Shown: piece by piece, positions 47,037-59,739 of the stretch
Layout: each line of letters starts with the position of its first letter
Position numbering within the stretch: position 1 is the first letter of the stretch
From: Mobula hypostoma
Lineage: Eukaryota
Assembly: GCF_963921235.1 (NCBI RefSeq)
Contig: NC_086097.1
Coordinates: 122,762,001 to 122,826,000 of the forward strand
DNA: 64,000 nt
Direction of reading: 5' to 3'
Translations under genes and position numbers: made by a program
The notes under the pieces: generated by a model
The model's input: only the letters and a program-made list of their open reading frames with translations
Databases searched by the model: none
Told to the model about the DNA's origin: nothing

Positions 47037-47173
47037 AAACATTAGAGATTCTGCTGATGCTGGAAATCTAGAGTAATACAGACAAAATGCTGGAGGAACT
47101 CAGCAGGTCAGGCAGCATCTGGGGAAGGGAATACAAAAACAACATTTCAGGTCGTGACCCTTCATCAGGATTC
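47037..47173 (-). mobile_element. 137-bp Penelope pLTR unit with hammerhead core and 14-bp TSD
   Basis: agaaggaaatggat at 47023-47036 and 47174-47187; minus strand CTGATGA-a-gggtcacgacct-GAAA at 47168-47145. Confidence 0.8.
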
Positions 47174-47899
47174 AGAAGGAAATGGATGTGGTTCATCGAA
47201 CTCTGAGGTGTTAGTACTAGTAATCACGGTATTGTAGAGAAATGTACACGGTTAGAGAATTGGCAGAGTTGAGATAAAGACTGACAGCCTGGCCAGATCT
47301 TTACTTTTAGCCTGTGCTCTGTAATGGAAGTTACCTTTCTCAGTCTTTCCACTCATGATTTTCATGGCCTAATGAAAAATGCAGATTCCTGCTTGCAGGT
47401 ATCTCAATGTTAGGAGAATCAGTTAACAAAGAAACTGGTAACTGCCCCGAAAAGCACATTACTCAGTTGATCACTATGGGCCAATTAATTGATTTTTATA
47501 TCGTCCTTTATTAATTATAATTGTTGAACATTATTGGTTTTCTTTGCTCATCATACCCTGACCAACACACCACTGCAAATAACTAATTCATGTAAACATA
47601 TATGGTGAATAACATTGATCCTTGATTCCTGATCCTCGAATTCTACAAGGTCCAAAGGAGTGTAGTGTTACTCATCTTGCCTCGCACAAGTCAAGACATT
47701 ACCTTTGCACACTCAACCATTATTGGAGATCAGGCTTGTTCTGGGGCCAAGGTTAGTGTATGTTGTGGGCTGAAAACCCAATACAGGGAGCATTGGAGGG
47801 AAAGGGATTGGGGCCGGTTGACAAGAAGAGTTGCCAGCTGCTCGGCAAATGGCAGTGATGGGAATGGTAGGTTAAAGGTTTGGCACAACATCATGGGTT

Positions 47900-48725
47900 A
47901 CTGCAAAGAAGATGAAGATGGAATACAGTACAGGGAAGTGCATGATCATGCACTTTGGTAAAAGGAACGAAAGCATAGACTATTTTCTAAATAGGGAGAA
48001 AATTCAAAAATCTGAGGTGCAAAGAGACTTGGGAGTCCTGAACAAGATTCCCTAAAGGTTAATTTGCAGGTGAAGAAGGCAAGTGCGATGATGGCATTCA
48101 TTTCAAGAGGACTAGAACATAAATGCAAGGATGTAATACTGAGGCTTTATAAGGCACTGGTGAGGTCTCATTTCGATGTTGTGTGCAGTTTTGGGCCCTT
48201 ATCTAAGAAAAGATGTGCTGATATTGGAGATGGTTCAAAGGAACTTCAAGAAGATGATTCCAGAATTGAAAGGCATCATACGAGAAGCTTTTGATGGATC
48301 TGGGCCTGTACTCACTGGAATTCAGAAGCATGAGGGAGGATCTCATTGAAACCTATCAAGTATTGAAAGGCCTAGATAGAGAGGATGTGGGGAGGACGTT
48401 TCCTATAATGTGGGAGTCTAAGACCAGATGGTAAAACCTCAGAATAGAGGGACATCCACTTAGAACGGAGATGAGGAGGAATTCTTGAGCCAAAGGCTGG
48501 TAGATCTGTGGAATTCTTTGCCACGGGCAGCTGTGGAGGCCAGGTGATTGGGTATATTTAAAGTGGAGGTTGACAGGCTCTTGATTAGTCAGGGCATGAA
48601 AGGTTATGGGGAGAAGGCAGGAGAATAGGGTTGAAAGGAAAATGGATCAGTCATGATCAAATGGCAGAGCTGACTCGACGTGCCAAGTGGCCTAATTCTG
48701 CTCTAATGTCTTATGGTCTTATGGG
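47900..48725 (+). mobile_element. CR1 3' region, decayed
   Basis: KKASAMMAFISRGLE...LYKALVRSH; tail tcttatggtcttatgg. Confidence 0.8.
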
Positions 48726-50554
48726 TCGAAGGGCCTATTTTGTGTTGTGCTATTCTATGTTCTCAGACTTCTGCACATATCAATTAGCTTGTGGGTCACA
48801 GAATTTGGACTTAAAATTGCATACGTTTTGCACTGATATGAAGTCTCCAATTATCAATAACTTCTGTGCTTCAGTTCTCATTCATTAACATAGTGATGCG
48901 TGTTCCAATATTTAGACTGGAAAGTTGTATGGATGAGGCACAGAGATTGCAAGGGAACACAGATTAGCTGAGCAGGCAAAACTCTCACAGATGGAGTTCA
49001 AAGGGAATTTATTCACTTTAGATCCAAGGAAGTGAAGGAAGAATATTGTTCAAAATGAGACCAGGAGTTAGATGAGGAAGGAGGCACTCTGAACTAATGA
49101 TCTAAGTTCAAGTTCAAGTTTATTGTATTCAACCATACTGATGTATACAACTAAATGAAACAATATTCCCCTGGGACCAAGATACCAGTGTAAATATATC
49201 TCACATACAGTACTTAAAATATCGTTAAAACAATAATATTAACAGATAATAATAAAATGTTCTGCAGATGTTCAAGTTCACATAAAGTGCGTGTATGACA
49301 TGATTAAACATACAACTGTATAATGCTATTGTTGCACTCATAAGTAATGTGAATTAAGTGTATTATTATTATTATTCTATCATTGGAGCAGAATTAGGCC
49401 ATCGAATCTGTGCTGCCTTTTGATTATGCCTTCTCCATATTTCTATTTATTATAATAAGCAAATCCTGTCAGCCCTCAAGCCACTTCTGCTTCTGAATAA
49501 GAAATGGCTGATATGGCCTAAGCTTAATTTCAAAGTTCATTTATGTAAATTTATGAGGTTCATTTTCTTGCAGGCATTCATAGTAAGTACAAAAAAACTA
49601 GAATGAATGGAAAACTCCACACAAACTTGGGCAATCAGTGTGCATAAGAAGATAAAATGCAATTACAAAAGAAAGAATAAAAATAAATAATAAATAAGTA
49701 AATTATAAATAACATTGAGTACATGAGTTGTAGAGTCCTTGAAAGTGAATCTATAACTTTCCCACCTCATTTCCGTAACCACTGAATCTCCTGTAGTCCA
49801 CAATGACCTCAGCCTTGTTGTGACTCCAGACTGCAGCATCCACAGTTTCCCAGAGAAGAGAATTTGAAAGATCCACAAGCCTCTTAGAAAAGATCACTGA
49901 TTCCAGACTCACTAGCCAAGAGAGGAAAAAAATATTCCACACTTACTTAACAAACCTTAGAAAAACAGAGGGCTATGTGTAACCCTAGGTAATTTCTAAG
50001 GTAAGGTTATGTTCAGCACAGCTTTGTTGGCTGAAGGGTCTGTATTGTGCTGTAGGTTTTCTATGTTCTATGTTCTAAACGATATAACAATTTCGTGCAT
50101 TTCATTGAGATTGTTCTTCTGAACTCTAGTGAGCATACAGCCAAACTACTTAATCTCTCCTCATGTAATCATCCATAAATCCAAGGATACGGTGCAGTGG
50201 AGATTCACCAGGACGTTGCTTGGGATCAAGTGTTATAGTTCTGAGGAGAGAGCTCAGTTTAGTCTTCCTTGCAGTGAAGCAGAGGTTCTGAGTGAGATGT
50301 ATAAAATTATGAACAGCACAGACAGGAAAAACAGTAAGAAGCTTTTCCTTTTGGCAAAAGTGTCTAAAGTTAGAGAGCCGTGTTTATGATAAGGAGGTAG
50401 AAGGTTCACAGGGGACTTGATCACATATTTTTCACCCATAGGGTGGTTGGAACCTGAAATATGCTATCTGAGTAGGTGGAGGAGGCAGAGATTTTCACAA
50501 CCTTATTGAGTACCTAAAGAAGCACCTGGATCACCAAGGTATCGATTTTTTTCT

Positions 50555-51350
50555 TCAAGATGGTGCCAGTCTCCTTTGAGATCATGGTTCAGACATAGTT
50601 GTTTTTTTTTAAATTCGTAGGGATGATTTTGAGGACAGAGGGTGGAGTTAGAGGTTGGGATAGAGTTTACAGACAGTGCTGCTTGGAAAGCAGTGATTAG
50701 ATTATGGTTTAGAACAGGAATGTGGAGGAGTTAGAGCTCAGGCCTTCATTCTGTACTCTGTGTTCTGTATTCAACATCTAATAATGTGGATGTGTGTGAT
50801 GAAGGACGTCCACAGTCCAAGCCTCTGCTCCAAGCTGAACGGCCAGCGATGTGGGTGGGTGATGAAGGACATCCATGGACAATCAGCTGTCCCAGGATCG
50901 GATGTCTGAGTGAACAGGGGGTACAAGGGCCACTCAGTCACCGTGGCCTAGAGTTTGGTGTCCCTTCATCGGGTAGTCCAGGGGTTGATATCAATGATTG
51001 AAACCCAGGGGTCGACTGGTAGTTCAGAAGTTAAAGACAATGTTCGAAGCCTGGAGTCTGGACATGGGAGGCCTGTCCTAGAGTTGGAGGACTGTCCACA
51101 TATGTAGGTGGGTGTGAAGGAGGGAGGAGGGAAGAAAAGGGCTTGTTTTGCTGTTGTTGGTTGTTGGTTGTTGCGTTCCGTGTTTTTTCTGCTGAGCATC
51201 GTGGACATGCTATGTTGGAACTGGAATGAGTGCTGACACTTGTGGGCTGACCCCTGCACACCCTTGGGTGTAGTAGTTGTGAACACAAATGGTGCAATTC
51301 AGTATTTGTTTTGATTTACATGTGATAAATGAACTGAATCTGAATCTGAT
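50555..51350 (+). mobile_element. Non-coding retroposon starting caagatgg (27485 family)
   Basis: Colinear with 27485-28195; (ctgaat)n tail. Confidence 0.65.
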
Positions 51351-51499
51351 CTCAGGGACAAGTGCAAGAAAATGGGATGAATCTAGATGGGCAATTGATG
51401 GCAAAGACATGATGGGCCAAAGGGTCGGCTTCTTGGTAACATAACTCTCAGAAGTTCCCATCATCCCTATCATAAAATGTACGACCTTGTATCCTGAGG

Positions 51500-51995
51500 T
51501 GAATGAGTGGGAGGAGTGTGCAAATGATGGGCAGATGGACAGGTTATAGAGGGGAAAGGCATAGGGTGGGGATAAGAGAAAGAGATTGGCCTTTCCCTTC
51601 CCCCCAACCTGTCCATCTGCTCAGCAGCCACATGCTTCTCCCATTTTCTTCTCCCCAGCTCTTTCCCTTTATTCCACGTTCTCTCTCCTCTCCTACCAGA
51701 TTCTATCTTCTTCCGCCATTTCACCTATCACCTACTATTTCTGGCAACATTTCCTCTTCTCTCTCTCGCCGAACCCTTCCACCCCAACCTGGATTCAACT
51801 ATCATCTGCCAACTCTTGCTCCACCTCTTCCTCCACCTCTTTTCTGGCTATCTCCCATACTTGCTCCAGTCCATCTGAAGAGTTCTGACCCGAAACATCA
51901 GTTATCTCATCCCACAGTGCTGACTGGCCCATTGAGTTCCTCTAGCACCTTTGGGTGTTGCTCAGAATTTCCAGCATCTACATTCTTTTGTGTGT
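51500..51995 (+). mobile_element. Decayed Penelope pLTR with inverted 5' segment
   Basis: Homologous to 44572-44970; cagtc-catctga-agagttctgaccc-GAAAcatc; 15-bp inverted repeat at 51531-51545 and 51606-51620. Confidence 0.6.
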
Positions 51996-52099
51996 TGATT
52001 GGTAAATCAATCTCAAACAAAAAAAAGTAGTCTCAGGAATGGCATTTTGTCAACTACTCTCATGTTCTAAGGGATAGAGAATAAAGGCATACATCCACC

Positions 52100-52504
52100 T
52101 CTACACCAGCAGAGATAGGAGTGAGTTAGATTTGCTGTTTGAGTGGTATCATGACAAAAACCTTGATAGAACACCAGTAAGACCAAGGAATTGATTGTGG
52201 ACATTAAGAAGGGGAAGTTAAGGGAACAGATACCAGTCCTCATCAAGGGACCAGCAGTGGAAAGGGTGAGCAGTTTCAAGTTCCTGGGTGCCAACATCTC
52301 CGCTGATCTATCCTGAGCCCAACATGTTGTTGCAATTATGAAGAAGACACATGTATTTCATAAGGATTTCAGGAGATTTGGTACGTCACTAAGGATTCTA
52401 TCAAATTCCTACAGGCGCACTGCAGAGAACATTCTGACTGGTTTGCATCACTGTCTGGTATGGAAGGGCCACTGCCCAGGATCAGAAAAAGCTGCGTAAG
52501 ATTG
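52100..52504 (+). mobile_element. Rex1/Babar fragment, continuing at ~59470-59535 after the Gypsy insertion
   Basis: KTKELIVD, VSSFKFLG, CITVWYG..DQKKL, then aactcagccagctccatcatg resumes after the 3' LTR. Confidence 0.7.
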
Positions 52505-52681
52505 TGTTGTGTATTTAATATTTCAGTTATATTTGAGTAATATTGTAAATATATTGTTTGATTAAGCATTCTTTGTTTAAATAATTCATTAAGTGTTAGA
52601 TGTGAAAGTATAATACTCGAATAGCATACAGAGTCTGGCCCTGTAGCTCAGAAGGGTAGGGCAAGGAAGAGGAGGGCAGTT

Positions 52682-53182
52682 GTGATAGGGGACTCAATAG
52701 TAAGAGGGTCAGATAGGCGATTCTGTGGATGCAGTCCAGAGACCCGGATGGTAGTTTGCCTCCCTGGTGCCAGGGTCCGGGATATTTCTGATCGTGTCCA
52801 AGATATCCTGAAGTGGGAGGGTGAGGAGCCAGAGGTCGTGGTACATATAGGTACCAATGACATAGGTAGGAAAAGGGATGAGGTCCTGAAAGGAGAATAT
52901 AGGGAGCTAGGAAGGGAGTTGAGAAAAAGGACCGCAAAGGTAGTAATCTCGGGATTACTGCCTGTGCCACACGACAGTGAGAGTAGGAATGCGATGAGGT
53001 GGAGGATAAATGCGTGGCTGAGGGATTGGAGCAGGGGGCAGGGATTCAAGTTTTTGCATCATTGGGACTTCTTTTGGCGCAGGCGTGACCTGTACAAAAA
53101 GGACGGGTTACACTTGAATCCTAGGGGGACCAATATCCTGGCAGGGAGATTAGCGGGGGCTACTGAGGTGACTTTAAACTAG
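52682..53182 (+). CDS. CR1 ORF1 C-terminal SGNH/GDSL esterase domain (5'-truncated)
   Basis: SGNH blocks GDS, PGA, GTND and DGLH. Confidence 0.88.
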   Translation: MIGDSIVRGSDRRFCGCSPETRMVVCLPGARVRDISDRVQDILKWEGEEPEVVVHIGTNDIGRKRDEVLKGEYRELGRELRKRTAKVVISGLLPVPHDSESRNAMRWRINAWLRDWSRGQGFKFLHHWDFFWRRRDLYKKDGLHLNPRGTNILAGRLAGATEVTLN

Positions 53183-53187
53183 AATGG

Positions 53188-56100
53188 TTGGGGGGTGGGA
53201 AGCAAATTAAAGAGGCTAGGCGTGAGGAGGTTAGTTCACAACAGGGGGATGGGAACCAGTGCAGAGAGACAGAGGGGTGTAAAGTGAGGGTAGAAGCAAA
53301 AAGTACTAAGGAAAAAAGTAAAAGTGGCAGGCCGACAAATCCAGGGCAAGCATTAAAAAGGGCCACTTTTCAACATAATTGTATAAGGGCTAAGAGAGTT
53401 GTAAAAGAGCGCCTGAAGGCTTTGTGTGTCAATGCAAGGAGTATTTGTAATAAGGTGGATGAATTGAAAGTGCAGATTGTTATTAATGATTATGATATAG
53501 TTGGGATCACACAGACATGGCTCCAGGGTGACCAGGGATGGGAGCTCAACGTTCAGGGATATTCAATATTCAGGAGGGATAGACATGAAGGAAGGGGAGG
53601 TGGGGTGGCATTGCTGGTTAAAGAAGAGATTAACGCAATAGAAAGGAAGGACATAAGCCGGGAAGATGTGGAATCGATATGGGTAGAGCTGCGTAACACT
53701 AAGGGGCAGAAGACGCTGGTGGGAGTTGTGTACAGGCCACCTAACAGTAGTAGTGAGGTTGGAGATGGTATTAAACAGGAAATTAGAAATGTGTGCAATA
53801 AAGGAACAGCAGTTATAATGGGTGACTTCAATCTACATGTAGACTGGGTGAACCAAATTGGTAAAGGTGCTGAGGAAGAGGATTTCTTGGAATGTATGCG
53901 GGATGGTTTTTTGAACCAACATGTCGAGGAACCAACTAGAGAGCAGGCTATTCTGGACTGGGTTTTGAGCAATGAGGAAGGGTTAATTAGCGATCTTGTC
54001 GTGAGAGGCCCCTTGGGTAAGAGTGACCATAATATGGTGGAATTCTTCATTAAGATGGAGAGTGACATAGTTAATTCAGAAACAAAGGTTCTGAACTTAA
54101 AGAGGGGTAACTTTGAAGGTATGAGACGTGAATTAGCTAAGATAGACTGGCAAATGACACTTAAAGGATTGACGGTGGATATGCAATGGCAAGCATTTAA
54201 AGGTTGCATGGATGAACTACAACAATTGTTCATCCCAGTTTGGCAAAAGAATAAATCAAGGAAGGTAGTGCACCCGTGGCTGACAAGGGAAATTAGGGAT
54301 AGTATCAATTCCAAAGAAGAAGCATACAAATTAGCCAGAGAAAGTGGCTCACCTGAGGACTGGGAGAAATTCAGAGTTCAGCAGAGGGGGACAAAGGGCT
54401 TAATTAGGAAGGGGAAAAAAGATTATGAGAGAAAACTGGCAGGGAACATAAAAACTGACTGTAAAAGCTTTTATAGATATGTAAAAAGGAAAAGACTGGT
54501 AAAGACAAATGTAGGTCCCCTACAGACAGAAACAGGTGAATTGATTATGGGGAGCAAGGACATGGCAGACCAATTGAATAATTACTTTGGTTCTGTCTTC
54601 ACTAAGGAGGACATAAATAATCTTCCAGAAATAGTAGGGGACAGAGGGTCCAGTGAGATGGAGGAACTGAGCGAAATACATGTTAGTAGGGAAGTGGTGT
54701 TAGGTAAATTGAAGGGATTGAAGGCAGATAAATCCCCAGGGCCAGATGGTCTGCATCCTAGAGTGCTTAAGGAAGTAGCCCAAGAAATAGTGGATGCATT
54801 AGTGATAATTTTTCAAAACTCATTAGATTCTGGACTAGTTCCTGAGGATTGGAGGATGGCTAATGTAACTCCGCTTTTTAAAAAAGGAGGGAGAGAGGAA
54901 CCGGGGAATTATAGACCGGTTAGCCTAACGTCGGTGGTGGAGAAACTGCTGGAGTCAGTTATCAAAGATGTGATAACAGCACATTTGGAAAGCGGTGAAA
55001 TGATCAGACAAAGTCAGCATGGATTTGTGAAAGGAAAATCATGTCTGACGAATCTGATAGAATTTTTTGAGGATGTAACTAGTAGAGTGGATAGGGGAGA
55101 ACCAGTGGATGTGGTGTATTTGGATTTTCAAAAGGCTTTTGACAAGGTCCCACACAGGAGATTAGTGTGCAAACTTAAAGCACACGGTATTGGGGGTAAG
55201 GTATTGGTGTGGGTGGAGAATTGGTTAGCAGACAGGAAGCAAAGAGTGGGAATAAACGGGACCTTTTCAGAATGGCAGGCGGTGACTAGTGGGGTACCGC
55301 AAGGCTCAGTGCTGGGACCCCAGTTGTTTACAATATATATTAATGACTTGGATGAGGGAATTAAATGCAGCATCTCCAAATTTGCGGATGACATGAATCT
55401 GGGTGGCAGAGTTAGCTGTGAGGAGGATGCTAAGAAGATGCAGGGTGACTTGGATAGGTTGGGTGAGTGGCAAATTCATGGCAGATGCAATTTAATGTGG
55501 ATAAATGTGAAGTTATCCACTTTAATGGCAAAAATAGGAAAACAGATTATTATCTGAATGGTGGCCGATTAGGAAAAGGGGAGGTGCAACGAGACCTGGG
55601 TGTCATTATACACCAGTCATTGAAAGTGGGCATGCAGGTACAGCAGGCGGTGAAAAAGGCGAATGGTATGCTGGCATTTATAGCAAGAGGATTCGAGTAC
55701 AGGAGCAGGGAGGCACTACTGCAGTTGTACAAGGCCTTGGTGAGACCACACCTGGAGTATTGTGTGCAGTTTTGGTCCCCTAATCTGAGGAAAGACATCC
55801 TTGCCATAGAGGGAGTACAAAGAAGGTTCACCAGGTTGATTCCTGGGATGGCAGGACTTTCATATGAAGAAAGACTGGATGAACTGGGCTTGTACTCGTT
55901 GGAATTTAGAAGATTGAGGGGGGATCTGATTGAAACATATAAGATCCTAAAGGGATTGGACAGGCTAGATGCAGGAAGATTGTTCCCAATGTTGGGGAAG
56001 TCCAAAATGAGGGGCCACAGTTTGAGGATAGAGGGGAAGCCTTTTAGGACCGAGATTGGGAAAAACTTCTTCACACAGAGAGTGGTGAATCTGTGGAATT

Positions 56101-56219
56101 CTCTGCCACAGGAAACAGTTGAGGCCAGTTCATTGGCTATATTTAAGAGGGAGTTAGATATGGCCCTTGTGGCTACGGGGGTCAGTGGGTATGGTGGGAA
56201 GGCTGGCGCGGGGTTCTGA
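53188..56219 (+). pseudogene. CR1 ORF2 (APE endonuclease and RT) with one frameshift near 55470
   Basis: NARS, GDFN, SDH, QGSVLGP, FADD; gagtggcaaat here versus gagtgggcaaat in the 5626 copy; ORFs 53188-55557 and 55467-56219. Confidence 0.92.
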
Positions 56220-56446
56220 GTTGGATGATCAGCCATGAACATAATAAATGGCGGTGCAGGCTCGAAGGGCCGAATGGCCTACTCCTGCACCTATTTTCTA
56301 TGTTTCTATGTTTCTATCATTACACCATCACATCATATGTGCACACCTCGCTTAAAGTAAAAACGAATGAAGACTTGCAGTTCTCGGGTTCTCTGATTTT
56401 TTTTCATTTGATTGGCTTCATGTTTTGTATTTACAAAACATATGAG

Positions 56447-56469
56447 TGGTGACAAGGATGGGATTCAAA
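56447..56469 (+). promoter_or_regulatory. Primer-binding site complementary to the tRNA-Ser(GCT) 3' end
   Basis: tggtgacaaggatgggattcaaa versus TGGCGACGAGGATGGGATTCGAA (tRNA sequence from memory): three differences, all CpG transitions; directly follows the LTR. Confidence 0.75.
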
Positions 56470-56624
56470 ACAAACTACCTATCCGTTGAAGGGCAGCAGG
56501 ACTTCCGAGTTCTTTAAATCACGCAGTGAGATGTTCGAGTTAGAAAAAGGCAAAGATGAAATCGTGGCTTAAAAATTAGTGAGTACTGGCTGATAATAAT
56601 GATAAATAAAAATAAAGAGCAAAA

Positions 56625-57760
56625 ATGTCTGGCTACAGCAGAAAGATAGGCATGTTCAATTGCACAATGGATAACTGGCTGATGTACACTGAGCAATCGA
56701 GCTGTATTTTAAGGCAAATGAAGTAGCGAGTAGCTAGTTTTGCTGAGTGTATTGATTGGAAAAGCATACAACTTGCTTAGAAGTTTAACTGCTCCAACCA
56801 AACCAGCTGAAATGAGCTCTGCTGATATCTTGAATATAATGTGGGAACATTTAGAACTGAAACCGTTGATTGCAGAATGCTTAAGATTTCATAAGCAGAA
56901 TTGAAAGGAAGGGGAGTCTGTTTCAGTTTACATGGTTGAATTGAAGAGATTGTCCAAGTATTGTCAATTTAGTGATGGGCTTAATGATGCACTCAGAGAT
57001 CCTTTACTTTGTGGAATCCTACAAGCAAGAATTCAAAAAAGGCTCCTAACTGAAACACATCTAACATTGTGTTATCAGTGGAAAGAGCAGACAAAGACAC
57101 AGATAAGTTGCAGTCAGGAATAAAAGTGAGCATGAACAAAATTGGAATGTCTAAGAAAAAACCTGCCTGCCCTGGCTGACCAAATTGTGTTACCATTGTG
57201 GCAAAGCCTCACATACACCAGACCAATGCATGTTTAAAGGTGAAACTTACAGAAAACGCAACAAACTAGGACACATACTAAGATTACGTCAGGTAGACAA
57301 AAATAAATGGACTGCATAGGGAAAGAGAAAAAGATAAAAAGTCAAGTTGCAGTTTCATAAAGAGCACTAATCTGCATGTTGGATGGAAAATCTGATAATG
57401 ATGGGAATGACACAGGACTGTGTAGCTTTGAGATTTAGAATGCGAAAACTAACAAGAGACGAGCAATATAATTCATACCAGAACTGAATGGCAGATTAAT
57501 TAAAATTGATTTTGACACTAGCTTGGATGTTTCAGTCATTCCATAAGTTGTGTTTGAATAGCATTTCAAAGATACTGAATACAACTAAGAAGTTCTACTT
57601 GAGAAAAGATAACTCCTGTGGGAATAACATTACTATCTGTGAAATACAAGCAACATTGGGTTTGTATGTGTTAAAAATAATAGGAAGGCCAGCATTATGG
57701 AGATGTGATTAGCTAAAACAACTACAACTTGATTGGAGATCCACTCATCATTTGCATACC
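56625..57760 (+). pseudogene. Gypsy gag-protease remnant
   Basis: AYNLLRSLTAPTKP, ESVSVYMVELKRLSKYCQF..LNDALRD..LCGI; CX2CX4HX4C at 57188-57229 plus a decayed second knuckle; protease-site-like FDTSLDVSVIP. Confidence 0.8.
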
Positions 57761-57769
57761 ACATCCTTG

Positions 57770-58700
57770 CACATCTTTCCATTTTGAAAATCATCTACAC
57801 TTTTATTTCTTCCACCAAAGTGCTTGACCATAACACCTTCCAACACTGTATTCTATCTGCCATTTCTTTGCCCATTCTCCTAATCCATCTAAGTCCTTCT
57901 GTAACATCTCTACTTCCTCAAACTACCTGCCCCTCCACCTATCTTCCTAACACCTGCAAGCTTGGCCACAAAGCCATCAATTCTGTTATTCATGTCATTG
58001 ACATATAATGTAAACAGAAGCTGTCCCAACACATACCCATGTGGAACACCACTAGCCACCAGCAGCAAACCAGAAAAGGTTCTCTTTATTCCAACTCTTT
58101 GCCTCCTGTTAATCAACCAATGTTTTATCCATGCTAGTGTCTTTCCTGTTACACTATGGGTTCTTAACTTGTTAAGCAGCCTCATGTGTGGCATCTTGTC
58201 AAAGGCCTTATGAAAATCCAAGTACACAACATCCATCAATTCTCCTTTATCTATCCTGATTGTTATCTCTTCAAAGAATTCTAACAGATTTGTTGGACAT
58301 GATCTTCCTTCAAGGAAACCATGCTGACTATGGCCTAATTTTGTAAATATTCAAAGATTCAAAGTGCATTGGTAGGTGTGACTAGAAGTAGTGGACATAG
58401 CCTCAAGATTCCAGGGAGTAAATTTAGGATAGAGATGAAAAGGAACTTCTTTTCCCAAAGAGTGGTAAATTTGTGGAATTCTCTGCCCAATGAAGCAGTG
58501 GAGGCTACCTCAGTAAATGTATTTAAGACAAGGATGGATAGACTTTTGCATAGTAGGGGAATTAAGGGTTGTGGCGAAAAGGCAGGTAGGTAGAGAAGAG
58601 TCCAAGGTCAGATCAGCCATGATCTTATTGAATGGTGGAGCAGGCTCCATGGGCTAAATGGCCTACTCCTGCTCCTATTTCTTAAGTTCTTATGTTCTTA
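57770..58700. mobile_element. CR1 RT fragment (minus, ~57770-58340) and CR1 subfamily-B-like 3' end (plus, ~58366-58700)
   Basis: DVVYLDFHKAFDKMPH; EMKRNFFSQRVVNLWNSLP; ttcttatg tail. Confidence 0.85.
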
Positions 58701-59534
58701 TTATTATCAACAAATGTATAAATTATACAACCCTGAGATTTGTTTGCTTACAGGCAGTTGCAAAGCAAGGGTCCTGAAACAGCCCAATTAAAAAGACCTA
58801 CCCCCAGTGCCCACAGAGAAAGAGAAATAAAGAACAAAATAAACCATGCAAACAATAGAAGCCAGAAACAACAATAGGTTTCTGAACCAACTTGAGACCT
58901 TAGATCCGAATCCCTAGAGCAGCTCAGAATAGGCCCAAAGCCTTGGTATTCAGTTCATCATATTAGCAGGACATATTGCCACATTGTTCACAGCATGAAG
59001 CACAGCAGCCGGGGCAATCTCACAGCCTTAGCGTCACGGAGAGAGGAGCCCCCAGACTATCTAGACCATCATTTAAATTGTCCGAACCTCGCACCAGGAA
59101 CCAGGCCCTGTTGTGGCAAATCACTCTGGGCTTAGTTTTCACTGCTGGAGAAGCCATTCTCAGCCTCTTCAAACTAGATCAGCACATAGAGCGATCCAAC
59201 CTCACCCGGCTCTCGACACCCTGTCTTTCCAGTCTATCTGGGCTAGAACTTTGATTGCTTGATTAAACATCATTAGTTTGTTTAAATAATTTATGATAAA
59301 TATTATTACTAATTAATAATAATTCATAAATAATTCATAAAGTATGTGAATGGCATACGTTATATGTGCGTACCTTGCTTATGGTAAAAACGATCTAAGA
59401 CATGCATCTCTCAGTCTCCCTTGTTTTCCTTTCAATTACTTTTATGTTCTGGAATTACAAAACGTATTAGTTTCCAAACTCAGCCAGCTCCATCATGTGC
59501 AGCAGCTTCCTTAGCATCGAAGACATCTTCCAGC

Positions 59535-59710
59535 ACCAAAATAACATGCCCAAAACTCACTGACCCATACGAACGTGGCAGGAAGCAGGAACACCCAGAG
59601 GAAACTCCTTACAGACAGTGGCCAGAATAATCAAACCTCAGTCAGTTATCCCTGTCACTGTCAACTAATTGCACTAGCCACTGCATTACCGTGTGGCTGT
59701 ACCTTACCCA
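59535..59710 (-). mobile_element. Decayed V-SINE
   Basis: ggaagcaggaacacccagaggaaactccttacagacag. Confidence 0.5.
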
Positions 59711-59739
59711 AACAGACCCAATCTAAACCCATGTCAAAG

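Larger units (their letters stand above)
52630..56317 (+). mobile_element. Young near-full-length CR1 LINE (subfamily A), truncated within ORF1
   Basis: ORF1 esterase, ORF2 APE and RT, 3' hairpin, (tttctatg)n tail. Confidence 0.96.
52505..59469 (+). mobile_element. Decayed Gypsy (Mag-like) LTR retrotransposon with internal deletion and nested insertions
   Basis: 5' LTR begins TGTTGTG at 52505 and resumes at 56316-~56445; PBS; gag-pro remnant; partial 3' LTR at ~59254-59469. Confidence 0.8.

Noticed and set aside
53553..56242. Antisense ORFs over CR1 ORF2 (also 5883-6998, 21377-22600, 42001-42779)
   Set aside because: Shadow frames of the LINE coding sequence with no independent motifs.
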